From: Camelus dromedarius
Taxonomy: Eukaryota
NCBI RefSeq assembly: GCF_036321535.1
Contig: NC_087436.1
Span: 101,434,001 to 101,498,000, forward strand
Length of the DNA: 64,000 nucleotides
Direction: 5' to 3'
Positions within the stretch are counted from its first letter, which is position 1; every line of letters begins with the position of its first letter. Shown piece after piece: positions 25,310 to 39,646 of the stretch. The position numbers were made by a program, and so were the translations under genes. The notes under the pieces are model-generated. The model had not been told where the DNA came from. It made no database searches and saw only the letters and a list, made by a program, of their open reading frames with translations.

Positions 25310-25440
25310 GTTAGAAATGAGGTGCCTAAAATTGTATGCAGTTTTCACAGTGCAATACAAATAATTGGATAGCAAGGGGCTATTACCTTGCAGCTTCATG
25401 ATGCGATGCCTCTGGATATGTAATCCAAATTCACAGAAGT
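25310..25440 (-). mobile_element. CR1/L3 LINE fragment
   Basis: 'aaatgaggtgcctaaaattgtatgcagttttc...ggggctattacc' resembles the L3/CR1 ORF2 antisense motif. Confidence 0.5.
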
Positions 25441-28129
25441 CCTTCGTAGTACCTTAGAAAATTTCTGTATAATTCTATACACTTTGATTTTAAACATTCT
25501 TTAAGATTTTCTTTTACACAAAGCATTTTGCTTCTGTTTATCACACAATGAATTTTTCAACAGCATCTAATTTTCAATAAATTTGGGGGTTTTAGTGGTA
25601 TTTATCTTGATTCAAGTGTCTTGTGAAAATGTTAATTTTTTTCCCTGCATTGTTCACCACAATTATGTTGGCATTATTTAGATTTTTATAACTTTCCATT
25701 TTTCCTTTTAAAAATAAAAAAATCCAGTTTTCTTGACAATTCTTATTTCTTATTTCAGCTAACATTGCTTTTAGACTAGAAATACAGTAATGTTTATATT
25801 CCAAAATGCAACAGTAGTAAAAATCAACTTAGCATAGCAGTGTAGTCCTAAGAGCAAATGGCTGATTGTGCTAAATGCTTCTCAGAGTTCAGCAAGGTCT
25901 TTAATTTTCTTGTGCAAAGTGCTAAGTGAAAACAGTAAGCAGAATGAAATTATTTATGCATGAATGTAAATGAAAGCAAAATCATTCATTTTTACTATGA
26001 AAAGTTGCAGAAATAATAAGTTTTAATTTGATATTATAAGTGGTAAAATTTAAAAGAGCTCAAAGACTGTTTTGATAATTTTCTAGCTTTTTCTGACAAC
26101 CATCCATAGCTTGGAAATGAATATTTTAAAGTTGAATTTGGAACTTATACCACTAAAATGCCTTGCATATTTTAGTGTGTCTCATAATGAGTAATTTGAA
26201 TAATTAAGATTTTATTACATAGGACTTTAAACAGTATTTTAAATAAGAGAACTATAATTTGTTATTCTATTTTTTTCAAACAGGAATAATAAAAGTTATA
26301 TATCTAGTATAAAATGTTAGCTGCAAAGAAATGTATTATTTGGCAATATTAAAATATGTTCCTCAATTTACTGAAGCTGTAAGTTTCCAATAGGATATAA
26401 CCATGTGGCTATCGAGAGACCAGTTCATTGCTGGAGCAAATAGGCATCCATCCTATTATTATTCTCTTTATCCTACAAATGATATGTGTGATAGAGAGCC
26501 TCATTTGGTACGAAACTTTAAGCACTGTGTGTCTCAGAGCCTACCTGCATAATCATAAAGTATGGGGGAATCTGACTATTAAAATCCAATGCCAGGGAAA
26601 AAAAGGAAGAGTGACTTTAAAAAAAATGGTGGCAGATCTGATTGTGGAATGTCATAGTTTCTAATTAGGATCTTGAGTGGAAGAATCTTTTTTATAAAAA
26701 TGTTAACTAAAGAACAGTTTGTAAAATGAACATGTAACGGAGATGAAATTTTGCTAGTTCAAATGCATAGCACTGTTTTTCCCTCACAGATTTACAGTGA
26801 TAGTAAATTTTAACTATGATTAGCTAGAATCCCTAGTTCAAGTATTCTGCCAGCCAATTAGATTCTGACTTATGAGGAAATGATTCTGAATAAAGTTTCA
26901 TTCTCTGACAACTCTGACTTTGAACATAACCTGCACTCTGTGGGTAATAATTATTTATGAGACAAAAAAGTATTTTAGAAAAATAAGCAGAATTTTTTTT
27001 TATGTTTAGTTGAAATAAGATGACAAAATAAAGATGTATGATTTTAGTACCGTCTGCACAAGGCTAATATTAATATAATAATAACAAATTGAATAGTACT
27101 ATGTATTTCATAAAGTATTTTCATATTTTCTTCATTTAATCTTCTCAGTGCTGGTATGGCCTAGTCATTATCCAGATTTGAAGCATAAAGAAAATAATTC
27201 ATTAATAGAATACATCTAAAGAAATTTCCCATCTTTTCTTATTTTAAAATGATCCTGACTTATATGGAAAATTAAACTAATTAAAAGACATACCTAAAAT
27301 AAATTTTCTGCTACCATATTTTTAGTGCAAGCACCCAGAGTTGAAAAGTTGTTTTAACTTCAAGAAATTAATACCCATTTGCTTAAGAACTTAAGCTTGA
27401 GATAATTATGTGTACAATATATATAACAAATGAAAAAAACCTCTACTTCCATATACTGAACAGCTGAGACAAATAAAATAGTGGGCCAGGAATAAGGAAC
27501 TGATGGAGAAGAACTGAAAAACACAATAAAGCACACTGTTTTATTTCCTAGTATCATTGTTCTCCCACAAATACAAATCTATACTGTAATGTTGAATCAT
27601 ATGTAGTCAAATATGAATTAGTTATTAATATTTATTGAATATATTCGTTACTAGGAACATAGAGCTGCATAGAACATACATGATTTATTGCTTCAGGGAA
27701 ACTTAAGACTATCTATAGATGCACATTAAATAAATTTTTGCAAACAATATATTAGTTCATAACAAATAAGGAAACATGAAGGGAAGAAGCATTGAGAGCC
27801 ATTTGAGCCATTCTGGTCAGGTATGACAAATAACTTTCTGTTTGTTTGTTTTAAGGAAGTGAAACATGAGCGGATACCTTAGAAATAAGTACAGGTTGCA
27901 TTGTAAATTAAGAAAGAAAAAGAAACAGATTTAGGTTTATGGTTATTTCTTAGCTGCATGGAAGAGACCAAAGGGAAATATGTAGCAAAGTGAGGCAGAA
28001 TGAGTGGTGCAGGAAAGCCCACATCAAGCATGGCGAGGTTAGCCATGTTCAGATTTTGTTTGTATTTCTAAAGTGAAAATATAAAAAGAGTATATCTTCT
28101 GGTTTTGCTGATATTTAGTATTGTTTCTG

Positions 28130-28480
28130 TATTTGTCAGTTACCTGGAAGTCGTTGACTCTTGTGGACAGAGCTTACCTGAACTTGGCTCCAAATGACAG
28201 ATTGGTCCAAATTTGATCCTGATGTGATTCATTCTCTTTTGACTGGTGTGCTAGTAGGAACATAGTCTTCTCATAGTGATTGAAGAGGAACAAGAGTCCA
28301 AGCCCCATTGCACAAGCAGATTTCATGTTTTGCTTTCATCACATCTGCTGGCACCCCATTGGACAAAAGAAGTGTATAACTGAGCCCAAAGCCAAGAGAC
28401 AGGAATTTTATTCCACCTCTGGTGGGCTAACTGCAATTGCATGGAAAATAATATAGCTACATATTGGAGGCAATAGTTTG
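28130..28480 (-). mobile_element. MLT1-type MaLR LTR fragment
   Basis: 'catcacatctgctggcaccccattggacaaaagaagtg...gagcccaaagccaag...ttccacctct'. Confidence 0.55.
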
Positions 28481-29309
28481 TTCAACTGCATATGAATATT
28501 ATGAGGGAAAAGCAAGGCTTTTAGAGAATAGTTCCAGTTCAATATGCAAATAGTAAGATTTATAGGTAGAATGACCATATAATTTATTATCAAAGTTGGA
28601 CACTTCTAATAGTAAAAAGGGATGGATGTTAATAAATTTGCTAAAACCACAGGCGTAAACTAGGGCTGTGTGTAGCAAATGGCACTACATAATTATGCTA
28701 GTCATAAGAGAAAAGATACAGATGGAAAATAAGCAATATTTGATCAAAGATACTAGAATAAAATTATTTTGATATAAAGAAAGGCTTAAGCCTGCAGAAT
28801 AAATGGTTCACTGAATTTTAAGAATGAGTATTGAGAAAAGAAATAAAACAAAGCATATCATGATAAAATCTCTCCATCCTAAAGGTACAGGAAGTTTCTT
28901 ACAAGCTTCTAGAACTATGTGTGCTATCTAAAATGAAAAGGAATCATAATAGAATTATTGCAGCACATAAAACCAAAAACTAATGGACTAATATCTAGAG
29001 ACAACTAATAAAAAGTAATTAGAATCTTATCATGATACTGTTTCTATTATATAGCAAAAGAAAGTGTCTCAAATATTTTATTGTAGTTTTGTCTTGAGTC
29101 TGAGTCAGGGACAGAGGGTAGTGGTGGGCAGAGAGACATAATTCTCTTGTTACAAAATATTAGTAAAAAAGTATGTGTGATTAAGAGTGGAGGTAGCCAC
29201 TGAAGGAAAGATAAAGTAAAAGAGGTCTTCAAAATTAATAAGAAGGATGGACATAGAGCATAGTATTGTCCTTGAGTATTCAGTGCTTCTATCCAATATA
29301 AGAGGATTA

Positions 29310-29700
29310 ACCATCTCCTCCTATTCCCATGTGACCTGCAGTTCCTTCTGTAGGTAGATTTTTATGTCCCTGACCCACTGACCGTTTACTTCACCATTTG
29401 ATTAGCTTTGGCCAATGGAATCAAAGTAGATAGAACATACCCTCTTGGAAATGAAAGCTTTAAGCACGGGGTGAGATTCAGCTCTCTCTTTTGCTTTTGT
29501 CCTTATGCCACTAGCATAACATATCCAAATAAGAGCTATTTCTTCAGCCTGGATAATAATATAAGCAGACTCATGTAGTAGAGCTGCTGAAACTGATGTG
29601 TAACTTTCCACGTAGGTTGTGCATGAGAAATAAATGTTTTTTATTGAGGACACTGAGTATCTGTGATTGTGCTGCAGCAAAGCTGGGTAAAACAGAATTA
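29310..29700 (+). mobile_element. MLT1-type MaLR LTR
   Basis: 'cccatgtgacctgcagttcct', 'gctttggccaatggaat', 'catgagaaataaatgtttttt' and 'tgctgcagcaaagctg'. Confidence 0.65.
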
Positions 29701-30317
29701 TTTCTAAAAAAAGAAAAACAGAACTAAACTACGAAATGGTGGTGGTGGCAGTTAATCAGAAGTTGGAAAACAATCACTCATATTTTGCAGTCCTAAATAT
29801 TCAGTAGACTCTCACTTATGTAAACATAATATGGAAATAGAAATAGCCTAGATTGGGAAGTCCATCAATGCTCTGGCAAACCCTTTCAATGGATTAACAT
29901 GGCCTTCATTAAATGTTTTTCTTTGAACATGGTTCAGGGAACAGAGACTAAGAACATGATGTATAATGAAATTATGAACTATATTACTTTTTTTTGCTTA
30001 TTGTTAGAAAACATGGGGATATTAGGTTGTTTATTACCACCTCCCAACCCCTTCAAAATATAGTTGACTAAAACACAAGGGTTTTTCCTTAAGAAAATTA
30101 TCTGGCCAGCAAAATATAGAAAAACAAAATAAACAACTAACAGATTTTTTAAAATTATTTGAGATGTAAGAAATATAATTGTGCATCATCATTGATTGTG
30201 AATACATTGAATTCTTCCATTTTTAAAAAAAGAGATTCTTAGGTAGTTCAAAAAATACTACTGAGTTATATATTCTTAAGAAAAGCAGCAAAAAAGAGGA
30301 AAATTAAAATTAAAGGT

Positions 30318-31457
30318 TTTTTATTTTTATTTTTTTGGTCTTTACCAGATATATACCCAGGAGCGGGATTGCTGGATCATATGGTAAGTCTATTTTACTT
30401 TTTTAAGGAATCTCATACTGTTCTCCATAACGGCTACACCAACTTACATCCCCATCAAAAGTGTAGGAGGGTTTCCTTTTCTCTATACCCTCTCCAGCAT
30501 TTATTTGTAGACTTTTTGATGATGGCCATTCTGGCTGGTGTGAGGTGATACCTTATTGTAGTTTTGATTTGCATTTATCTGATAATTAGTGATGTTGAGC
30601 ATCTTCTCATGTGCCTTTTGGCTATCTGTATGTCTTCTTTGGAGAAACAAAGAAGGTTTCTGTAGGTTTTCTGCCCATTTTTTGCTTGGGTTGTTTGGGT
30701 TTTTTTGATATTGAGTTGTATGAGCTATTTGTATATTTTCAAAAGCAAGCCCTATAGTTTGCACCATTTGCAAATATTTTCTCCCAGTCTGTAGGTTGTC
30801 TTTTTGTTTTATTTATGATTTCCTTTGCTGTCTAAATCTTGTAAGATTGATTAAGTACCATTTGTTTATTTTTGCTTTTGTTTCTATTGCCTTGGGAGAA
30901 TGATCCAAGAAAACATTGCTATGATTTATATTAGAGAATGTTTTGCCTATATTCTCTTCTAGGAGGTTTATAGTATCATGTCTTATGTTTGAGTCTTTAA
31001 GCCATTTTGAGTTTATTTTTTTGTATGATGTGAAGGAGTATTCTAACTTAATTGATTTACATGAAGCTGTCCAGCTTTACCAACACCACTTGCTGAATTG
31101 TATATTCATTGTTTATTCTTGCCCCATTCATCGAAGATTAATTGACGGTAGGTGTATGGGTTTATTCTGGGCTCTCTATTCTGTTCCGTTGATCCATACG
31201 ACTGTTTCTGTGCCAACACCATGCTATTTTGATTACTGTAGCTTTGTAGTATTGTTTGAAGCCTGGGAGGGTTATGCCTCCTGCCTTGTTCTTTTTCCTC
31301 AGGATTGGTTTGGCAATTCTGGGTCTGTTGTCATTCCTTATAAATTTTATTTGTTCTAATTCTGTGAAAACTGTCGCAGGTAATTTGATAGAGATCACAT
31401 TAAATCCATAGATTGCTTTGGGTAGCATGGTCATTTCAACAATATTAATCTTCCAAG
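30318..31457 (-). mobile_element. Intermediate-age L1 ORF2 fragment
   Basis: Colinear with 3320-4420 of the young L1; translated pieces [17 protein letters not shown] and [20 protein letters not shown]; multiple frameshifts. Confidence 0.93.
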
Positions 31458-34400
31458 CAGGATTATTTTTTGATGACTTGAAAACATGTAGATGATAAAA
31501 GAGTTGAAAAACTTTACAGAGCAAACAGCAGCCAGATTTATAAAAGAAAAACATGAAAATAAAAAAAATAGTAAATTTAGGATTGTAGATTTTAATAATT
31601 TTTTAAAGTTTGATTGATACAAAAGATGATAAATATTAACACAGAACACAAATGCAATTAATAAAATCAATTTAATAGGAATACATAGACTCATGGCTAT
31701 CTAATACAGAATGATTTTTTTTTTGTCTGTGGAAAATTTACAAAGTAGCTCACATACTAGAACTCGTAAATAAGTCCCCAAAACAATTATTTACAAATCC
31801 CATAATGCATAACATCTTTAGGTCCCAGTTTTTGGTCATCCCAAGAAAATAGAACTAAATAATATGATGATTGTAAAATTCTAAGTACTTTTGAAATTAG
31901 AAATATAATTTTATAGTACTCTTGGAACTACAGGGAATTCCAATTGAAAATAAAAAATATATATAGCAAGCAATAAATATGAGAACACTTCATATCAAAA
32001 CCTGTGGGATGAATTTATCAACCTAGGAATTTATCAACCTAGGATAAATTCATAGTCTTACATACCATCATGATAAAAACAAAAGAGTGCCCAATTTTAA
32101 TGTTTACTTCTTTTAAACAATTAGGCAATGAACACCATAATTCAATAACATAAACCAAAGTAAAATAGGAAGATGAATTCAATAAAGGTAGAATAAAAGT
32201 TAAGAAAAAGAAAAAATAGTAGTCAGTATACATAAATTCAGAAGATCATATTTTTAAAAGTCAAATGAAATTTATTTAAAAGGGGAGAAGGTAAACTTAT
32301 ACATGAATGGGAGTGAAAAAGAAGAAATAATATAGGAGAAAGCCCAGCATTAACCATTATTCCACATTAAACTTTACAGAACACAGTTGAAAAACCTTGA
32401 GGAAATGTATAGTTTCTAACAAATACAAATTACTGAAGTTGATCCAAGAAGTAGACAAATTGAAAGAATGCATTACAGCAGAAGGAACAGAATATGTGTT
32501 TAAAAACTAGAGCAACTAAGTTTTAATCAACCATTAGATAACTTCATTCTCATTTCATTTAAATTATTTCAACATGTAAAACGAGAGAAAGAATTTTCCA
32601 GTTTATTTTGTGAAACTAGCTTGATTTAAATTTCCAATCTCAAAAGGGGAAAGAGAGAGAAAGAGTGAGAGAGATAGACAGAAAGAGAAATTATTTATGA
32701 ATATATAAAACATATCCTACATAAAATATGAACAAATAGATGCAAGCAATGCATGAGAATATAATGTGAAATTACTAAGCAGGATTTATTCCATTAATCA
32801 AAGTGTGATTCAGTGTCAAAAATTTTATGTATTTTTTACCTTCACATCTTCAAAAAGAAAAAAAAATGCAAAATTCTGTGGGTAGGTTCCAATAAGGCAT
32901 TTGGAAGTAATAAAGTAATAACAAAATTCATTCCTAATGAAAAATATGGGCATAACAGGAATAGAAGGAAAAAATTAATAAAACCACTTACTAGAATCCT
33001 TTAGCAAACATCCTATAGGACAAAATTCTAAAATTATTTAAAATAAAGAACTTAATGTGTACCCAACTTCTACCATATTAGGTAACATTTTCTTGAGTTT
33101 TTAGCAAATATAGGAACATAAAAATCAGTCAATCAGACATTTTGGAAAAAAAGACATAAAATTATGTTTCCTTGTGATGATATGATTTATATCTACAACC
33201 CTTAACTTTATTCTCAAACTACTGAAATGAATTAAGTAATTTGATTAGTGACTTCATATAAAATTAATAGTTAAAAAATCAGAAGGTTGTCTTGACTTTA
33301 GCACTGAATATCTAGAGAAATAAATGGGGAAAATTAATCAATTCAAAACAAACAGCAGCAACAAATTCAACAAAAGAAAATCAAGAAGCTTTATGAAATA
33401 GTTATCCATAAGTTTCACAAGAAGACAAAGAATGTCTATAAACAAAGTGAGAGCACATTATTAAAATACAAGATGAGATCTGCATGAGAGAAAAGTCATC
33501 CCATGTTCTTGGATGGGAGGAAATTATGTCATAATATATAAATTATCTCCAAATCAATATATGCATTTATTCAATTAACCTAATCTTTAATGCTTTCTAA
33601 ATCTACTTATTGAAAACTTCTTTAGACGTACTTCATGAGATAAAAAAGGTAACTAGAAAGTGTCAGGACTATAACCTAAACAGAAAGTTTTATTTATTTT
33701 CTAATTATTATTGAGTTAGTACAAAGTTACCCAGGCATCTCATGTCTTGAACTTCCGCTTAGTTCTTGAACTTTTTGGTGATTGTAGTGAGAGTATTACT
33801 GCAATACATCATAAGTTATTTGCTTCACCATATATTATTTTGTTTTCTTTTTGGGAAAATAGTAAAATAAGGGAAGAAAAATGACTTGAGTTTTCACATT
33901 GCTGAAAATATTCTTACTTGCCACGTAATCTCTTTTATAAACAGATAAAACATAGATGTGATTTTCTAAGCTATTTTACCAAAGAAATATATGAAATTTT
34001 AATCTAATATTCTAATTTTTATATTCAAAGCAAAATTTTAAAAAGCCAAAATAATACTATGAGATAAAAGGATCTGCAGTAGATTTCTAAGACCCACCCG
34101 TTTGTATTTAGAAAAGAGCATTTGTGTAATTCCTAAACCTTGCATGTGGTTCGGTGAATGCCATAGTGATTTTTGACAGGAATACAAACAGCTTATTTAA
34201 TAACAGGCAGTATTTAAATCTAGTATAGTTACTTTTTGGTCCCCGCTAAAAGATCCCCAGATACTTAAATGACAAGATAATTTATATAGATAGGATATTT
34301 AATAACTACATATTTGTCCACAATTAGAATGAAAACTTCTTGAGGCAGGTAGCACGCCTTATACATTTTAGTATATTCTATATTCCCAAACAGATGACAC

Positions 34401-34539
34401 AGTATTTGTTAGAATATGTTTGTTGACTGATGCACTTAAACTTTACACACACACACACACACACACACACCACAAAATGCATTTAATTGGGCTTTATCTC
34501 TCTTCTCCCACAGGAAAAATAATTACTGTTATCAAAATA

Positions 34540-34915
34540 GCTGTATGGCCCCCCATGTTTTACAGCCTCTGTGCATTCAGAAGAGGTGACGTGGCTCCCT
34601 TTAGCCAATGGGTTCTAAGCAGAAGGTATTCATCTCTGAAGTAAAGGAATGAAGTGTAAGGTAGCAAGTGTGCTATGCCCTCTTTTCACTCATTAGAATG
34701 AAAAAGGAGGTCACGAGGTCCCTTTGTAATTATCAGATGGTAGAGGCTCAATCAGCCTGGGTCTGTGAGTGAAGGTGTGAACAGAGAAACTTTCTCCTAT
34801 CCTGACCAACATTAGCTGTATGTTGAGAGATAGAAATAAAAATCTTTGTGTGTTAAATGATTAAAACTCTATGATTGATTTGCCACTGTGGTTTAACATA
34901 GGCTTCTTAATAATA
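34540..34915 (+). mobile_element. MLT1-type MaLR LTR
   Basis: 'gtggctccctttagccaatggg', 'ctcaatcagcctgggtctgtgagtgaa' and 'agaaataaaaatctttgtgtgttaa'. Confidence 0.6.
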
Positions 34916-37658
34916 CTCCTCAAGTCTCTATGTTCAAACAAAATAGAACACATATCTTGCCATGAAAATAGAGTTTATGTAAATATACTTATTCTCTTTT
35001 TTTCAGCTATATTTTATGGTACATTTTTTTACCCCTGTCATCCAATAATTACAGCTTGGCTTATAGTTTCCTTTTGTTAGAAATATGTTGTCTTTTTGAA
35101 AACAATTTCATTTATTCATCAAGCTTTTATTGAGTAATTAGGATGAAGATTTTACAGGAATGACCACAAGCTGAAGTATAGCAGTATTTGCCTTTAAGGT
35201 GTTATCTATATAGTAGCAAAAATAACAAAGCATACGGATAGTTATGACAGAAGTTGTAATTTGCTTAATACCATAACAGACTCCCTAGATAAAAAGTTCA
35301 ACCACCAGGGTAGTTTTTTAAAGTAGCATATAGCTAGAATTAATAAGGATATCCCATTATGTATAAATTTCAAGCAATTTCCATCAAAGACCCTAGTAAT
35401 GCCCAGATATTACCTGCCATACTTCTGCCCTCTCTCTGATAATTTGGTTTGATTATTCACCTGTCTAAAAGGCAGTAAACATAGGAGCTTCAACAGTGGG
35501 GGAAGATGGCAGAGATATTTCCTGTGATGTAGAGCCAGTCCTCAGCAAGTCCCTCCAGGAGAACACATGTGGAGAACAGAGGTTCTGGCTTGAACTGCTT
35601 TCCTAGATGCACAAGCCATGGACCCTGTGTGATAGTCAAACATAAAATGTCTTAGCTCATTGAAGACAACGAGGGACTGCTTTTCTTGCCAAACCCACAT
35701 CAAATTTTAATAGAGCCATCAGAAGTAAATAAATGAATTCTAAACCAAGAAGGACTTTTAATAGGAGATTTACAGCTTGTATGATCTCTTTTCCTTTTAT
35801 AGACAGGCATTCTGTATTTCAGAGAATGAACACAGTTTGTTTAAACATGGTAGGCAATTGCCATTACTTTATTTACATGGTAAAGTCAAGTCTCACCCAA
35901 AATTTAAGGCTATTATTTCTGGGGGTCTTCTGTAGCTTATTACTCTTTAAAACAAAAGTTAAATTTCCCCCTAAAATAAATATCATAGTTTTGAAAGTGA
36001 TAGGAAATTGACTAGTGGTGAGAGTGATAAACTCTAGAACTGTGTCCTAGGAATAACCTAGTTAGGTTCTGCACAATGGACTGAAAGGTGGACTCAAATG
36101 AAAATCTGTATTGATAAATACTACAGTCCAACTTTTACCGAGGGAGATGAACAGATGTAAGGCAGGATGATGGAAGAAAAGCTAAGAAAACTATCAACAC
36201 AGAGAGCCTGAGCTATAAAGGGCTTATCTGTGATTCACAGATTTTAAACAGCAAAAATGCAGAAATGTTTTTCTTCCTTTGAACAAAACAAATGTTATGT
36301 TGATACGACATACCGTAGCTGAAGCTGAGAGCTGCCCCATCTTACTGCACTCTCTAATTTCCATAATCTTTGCTAACAAACAGTTTACTCCACTAAAGGA
36401 TGAGTGATAAGCAGGAAAGACACAAGACGTGACCTGTCCATTAAAAAAGAGGAAGCACACAAGGCTGAAGCAGTGAAGACACTATGTTCCAAGAGCATTT
36501 ATCTAAGAAAACAAGTAACATTTGTAAGAAACATAGCTTCAAAGAAGCTCAAAGATTAGGTAGATATGATTAAAGAATAGATCATAGAAATGTGAAAGAG
36601 ATGAAAAGCATCTAGCAGAAAATAATAGGCCAGAAAAAGATATCTTCATATTAGAAGCAAGGGACATAAAAACAAATGCAACTCAAAATCCTACCGTGAT
36701 TATCTCATAATGGATAATAAAATATTGAAATGTAAAGTGATTAATGGATGACTTTTGAGAAGATAAAGGATTTGGAATATGCAGTATTCTTAAGAATAAT
36801 AACATAAGCAAAATTGTGGCTTCTGACAAAGAACTAAATGGGATATGAGGATTTAGGTGTGATGGAAAGAAAAATTTTCCTGAAATAAAGATTGTTTTAA
36901 AATTACAATTGAGTAATATCTGTGTAGTTCTTGAAAAACAAAAAGCGGCTCGGTAATTCATACAAGGCTAAATTTCCTTCAATTACAAAGGCAACAGACA
37001 AAAATTTTTCATTATGCCAGAATCTCAGGAAAAAACATATTTGAGGTCCTTAGCAAAATATGGCCAAATATTCAGCCAAATAATTGCAGAAAGCAGGAAT
37101 GGAGAAGTAAGGTGTGGGCATTATGTCTCTTAAAAAAATAAAGAAACCTACTATTTCAAAATATTGATAAAATGTGAATATTATAAATCTTATCACTGTA
37201 AAATAATAACTCAATTAACAAAACAATGAGAGAGAAGAATGGGAGTCAGCAGGGACGCCCAGTATAGCAGCTTCCTCATTTTTCACAGAGGAGAGTCAGT
37301 AGAATATTAAGAAGCTTAAATTGTTAAAATAACGTCTCTAACAGCATAATTATTCTTAACATATTTCTTAAGTTTGGTATCATTTTTTACAAACATATCG
37401 TTTGTAAAAATATGATCTGATTTTTCAGTAATTTCTTCCCTTTCACTTCTATTTTTATTGTTTTACTAACTCTTAAAGGAAATTCAGTTTAACATACAGG
37501 AGATTCAAATGACATTGATAGTATAAATCCAATTTCATCTACAAATCAATCTTTTAATGTCAGTGAAATAAGATTTCAGCTGAAAATAACAGAAAACTTG
37601 ACTTTTGTTGTATTAAACATATGAATAATGTTTCTTTCTCTCATAGTAAAAAGTTGGG

Positions 37659-37912
37659 GGGAAAAGGGTGGGGAAGGATAAATTGTGAGTTCAAGATTTG
37701 CGGGTACTAACTACTATGTATAAAATAGATAAACAAGTTTCTACTCTATAGCATGGGGAACTATATTCAATATCTTGTAGTAACCTATAATGAAAAAGAG
37801 TATGAAAAGGAATATATGTATGTATACATACGACTGAAACATTATGCTGTACACCAGAAATTGACACAACATAGTAAACTAACTATACTTTAATTAAACA
37901 AACAAACAAACA
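37659..37912 (+). mobile_element. Short L1 3'-UTR insertion (artiodactyl type) with (AAAC)n tail
   Basis: 'actactatgtataaaatagataaacaag...ctatagcatggggaactatattcaatatcttgtagtaacctataatg'; probable TSD AA[A/G]AAGTTGGG at 37648-37658 and 37913-37923. Confidence 0.88.
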
Positions 37913-38559
37913 AAGAAGTTGGGAGAGAGGCAGCTGCTGAACTAATGACGCTGTAATGTCTTTGCCAAAGTCTGTGCAATTATTTTCCTCCTTATCCTCT
38001 TGGTAACAGCATGTCTGTGTGTTCCAAGAAAGAAGAGGGAAGCAGAGAAGGAGGAGGTAGTGTCATCAGACCTGTGCTGACATTTCACTGTAAAGCCACT
38101 CCTGGCTTCAAGGGAGCCTGGGCAAGTGCCTCTGTAGACTTTCCACTGTGATTTACTGACTTAGAGTAGGTAAGGATAAAAGAGGTTGAGTGATCTGAGC
38201 TGCGTGTCTTCCTCGTGTTCCCTCTGTATGTGTTCACAGACGATATAGTGATCAATATAGAAATAAAGTGCAACAAATTTTTACCACAGATAATATGTAG
38301 ATTTTTAGCCTGAAATTTTATATTTTAAAAATCAAAAAAAGTATTATCAAAGGTGGATCTCTATGTACATATGTAGTTGAAACCAGTGAAAACATTCATT
38401 AAATATATAACATCACTTTGCGTGGTTTAAAATCACATGAATTAACCCGAATAATGACCAAAATAACATAAAGTATTAAATATATAATGACAAGAACTAA
38501 TATGCCAAACATATTAAGTCATGACATCATTTTTTAAAATGTTTATTTAACAAAAATAT

Positions 38560-39070
38560 TTTCCTAGTTCCAATACCATGCTCAGAAACATTTTCCTTGA
38601 GAAGTTGTAGTCACTGAAGTAATGGCATGCTCAGCATCTAAGAGGAAAGACACACTATCTCTTCCGAAGTTCCAGCGATAGTATCTGTTACACCTTTGTT
38701 TTTCGAACTTCTTTCAGCATGTCCATCTATGACACCTCATGCTAGTGGTAAACTGCCTTGGTTCAATGGCATTTATAGTATTTTTACAGCAAGAAATCTT
38801 TTCTGATAGAGCCATGTTCAGTCATCCTCTTACAATCAGCACTGCTGTCCAAGCTGTGTGGATCAACCAGCACTGACTGGCCATTCACAGCCTGGCAGTT
38901 TGCACACGGTCACAATCCACACAGAATGGCAAATCCTTCTTCAGTTATTGTCCTGGCCCTGCTGTGGAAATGGCTGATGAAAGACTTTTTCCTTGAAGTA
39001 TGTCTACTCTCTGCTTCCTCTCATTAAACTTTTGGTAAATTATTTCTACTATTTTGGTAAATCATTCACC
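38560..39070 (-). mobile_element. Probable pogo/Tigger-family transposase fossil
   Basis: Minus-strand reading ...LDSSADC...IRKDFLL*KIL*MPLNQG resembles the pogo DDE motifs LDN...H and FLP.NTT...QP(L/M)DQG. Confidence 0.5.
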
Positions 39071-39646
39071 ACATGTAGTGTATTATTTCTGCTGTGATCA
39101 AAATCTTACATAGACTTAATTGGATTTTGCAACTATATACTTTAAAAATAAGATACAGTGAAATAGGCGCAGTTGTAGTCCTTAAATATCAGAAATATTA
39201 AATTATTAAAGCATAATTCTAACAGTTGAGATGCTTGGAGCATAGACACAGCTAAAGATCAAGTGAGTGAGTGGAAGATTGAGACAAAGAACGTAGCACG
39301 AGTGGTCCAAGCAATTGAGAACAGGAGAGAATTTAATAAATCCAGATGCTTTAAAATAATTTGTTGATTGAAAAGGACAAAGGGACAATAGGAAAATGAA
39401 AAATAGAGGAAAATTGCTGAAAGTTAAAGAAAGACAAGTATTTCCAGATAGAAAGCCCCACCTCTGGGGGTGGTAGATATATTAAGAAAGACCCACAACC
39501 ATATATATACAAGGGTGTATCAAGATTCACAGGGTACAGAGGCATTCCTAAGAATCTTACAATGAGAGACTCAAATTATCCACACTATCAAGAGATTTAT
39601 GTAGGGTTCAGGCCTTTTCTGATCAAAAGAACAGAATGGTGTTTTT

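Larger units (their letters stand above)
28740..33560 (+). mobile_element. Old, highly degenerate L1 (L1M-type) hosting nested MLT1 and younger L1 insertions
   Basis: A-rich tract with L1 ORF2 motifs 'catatcaaaacctgtgggatg', 'gaaaaaccttgaggaaatg', 'gatgatatgatttatatcta' and 'cccatgttcttggatgggagga'. Confidence 0.65.
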
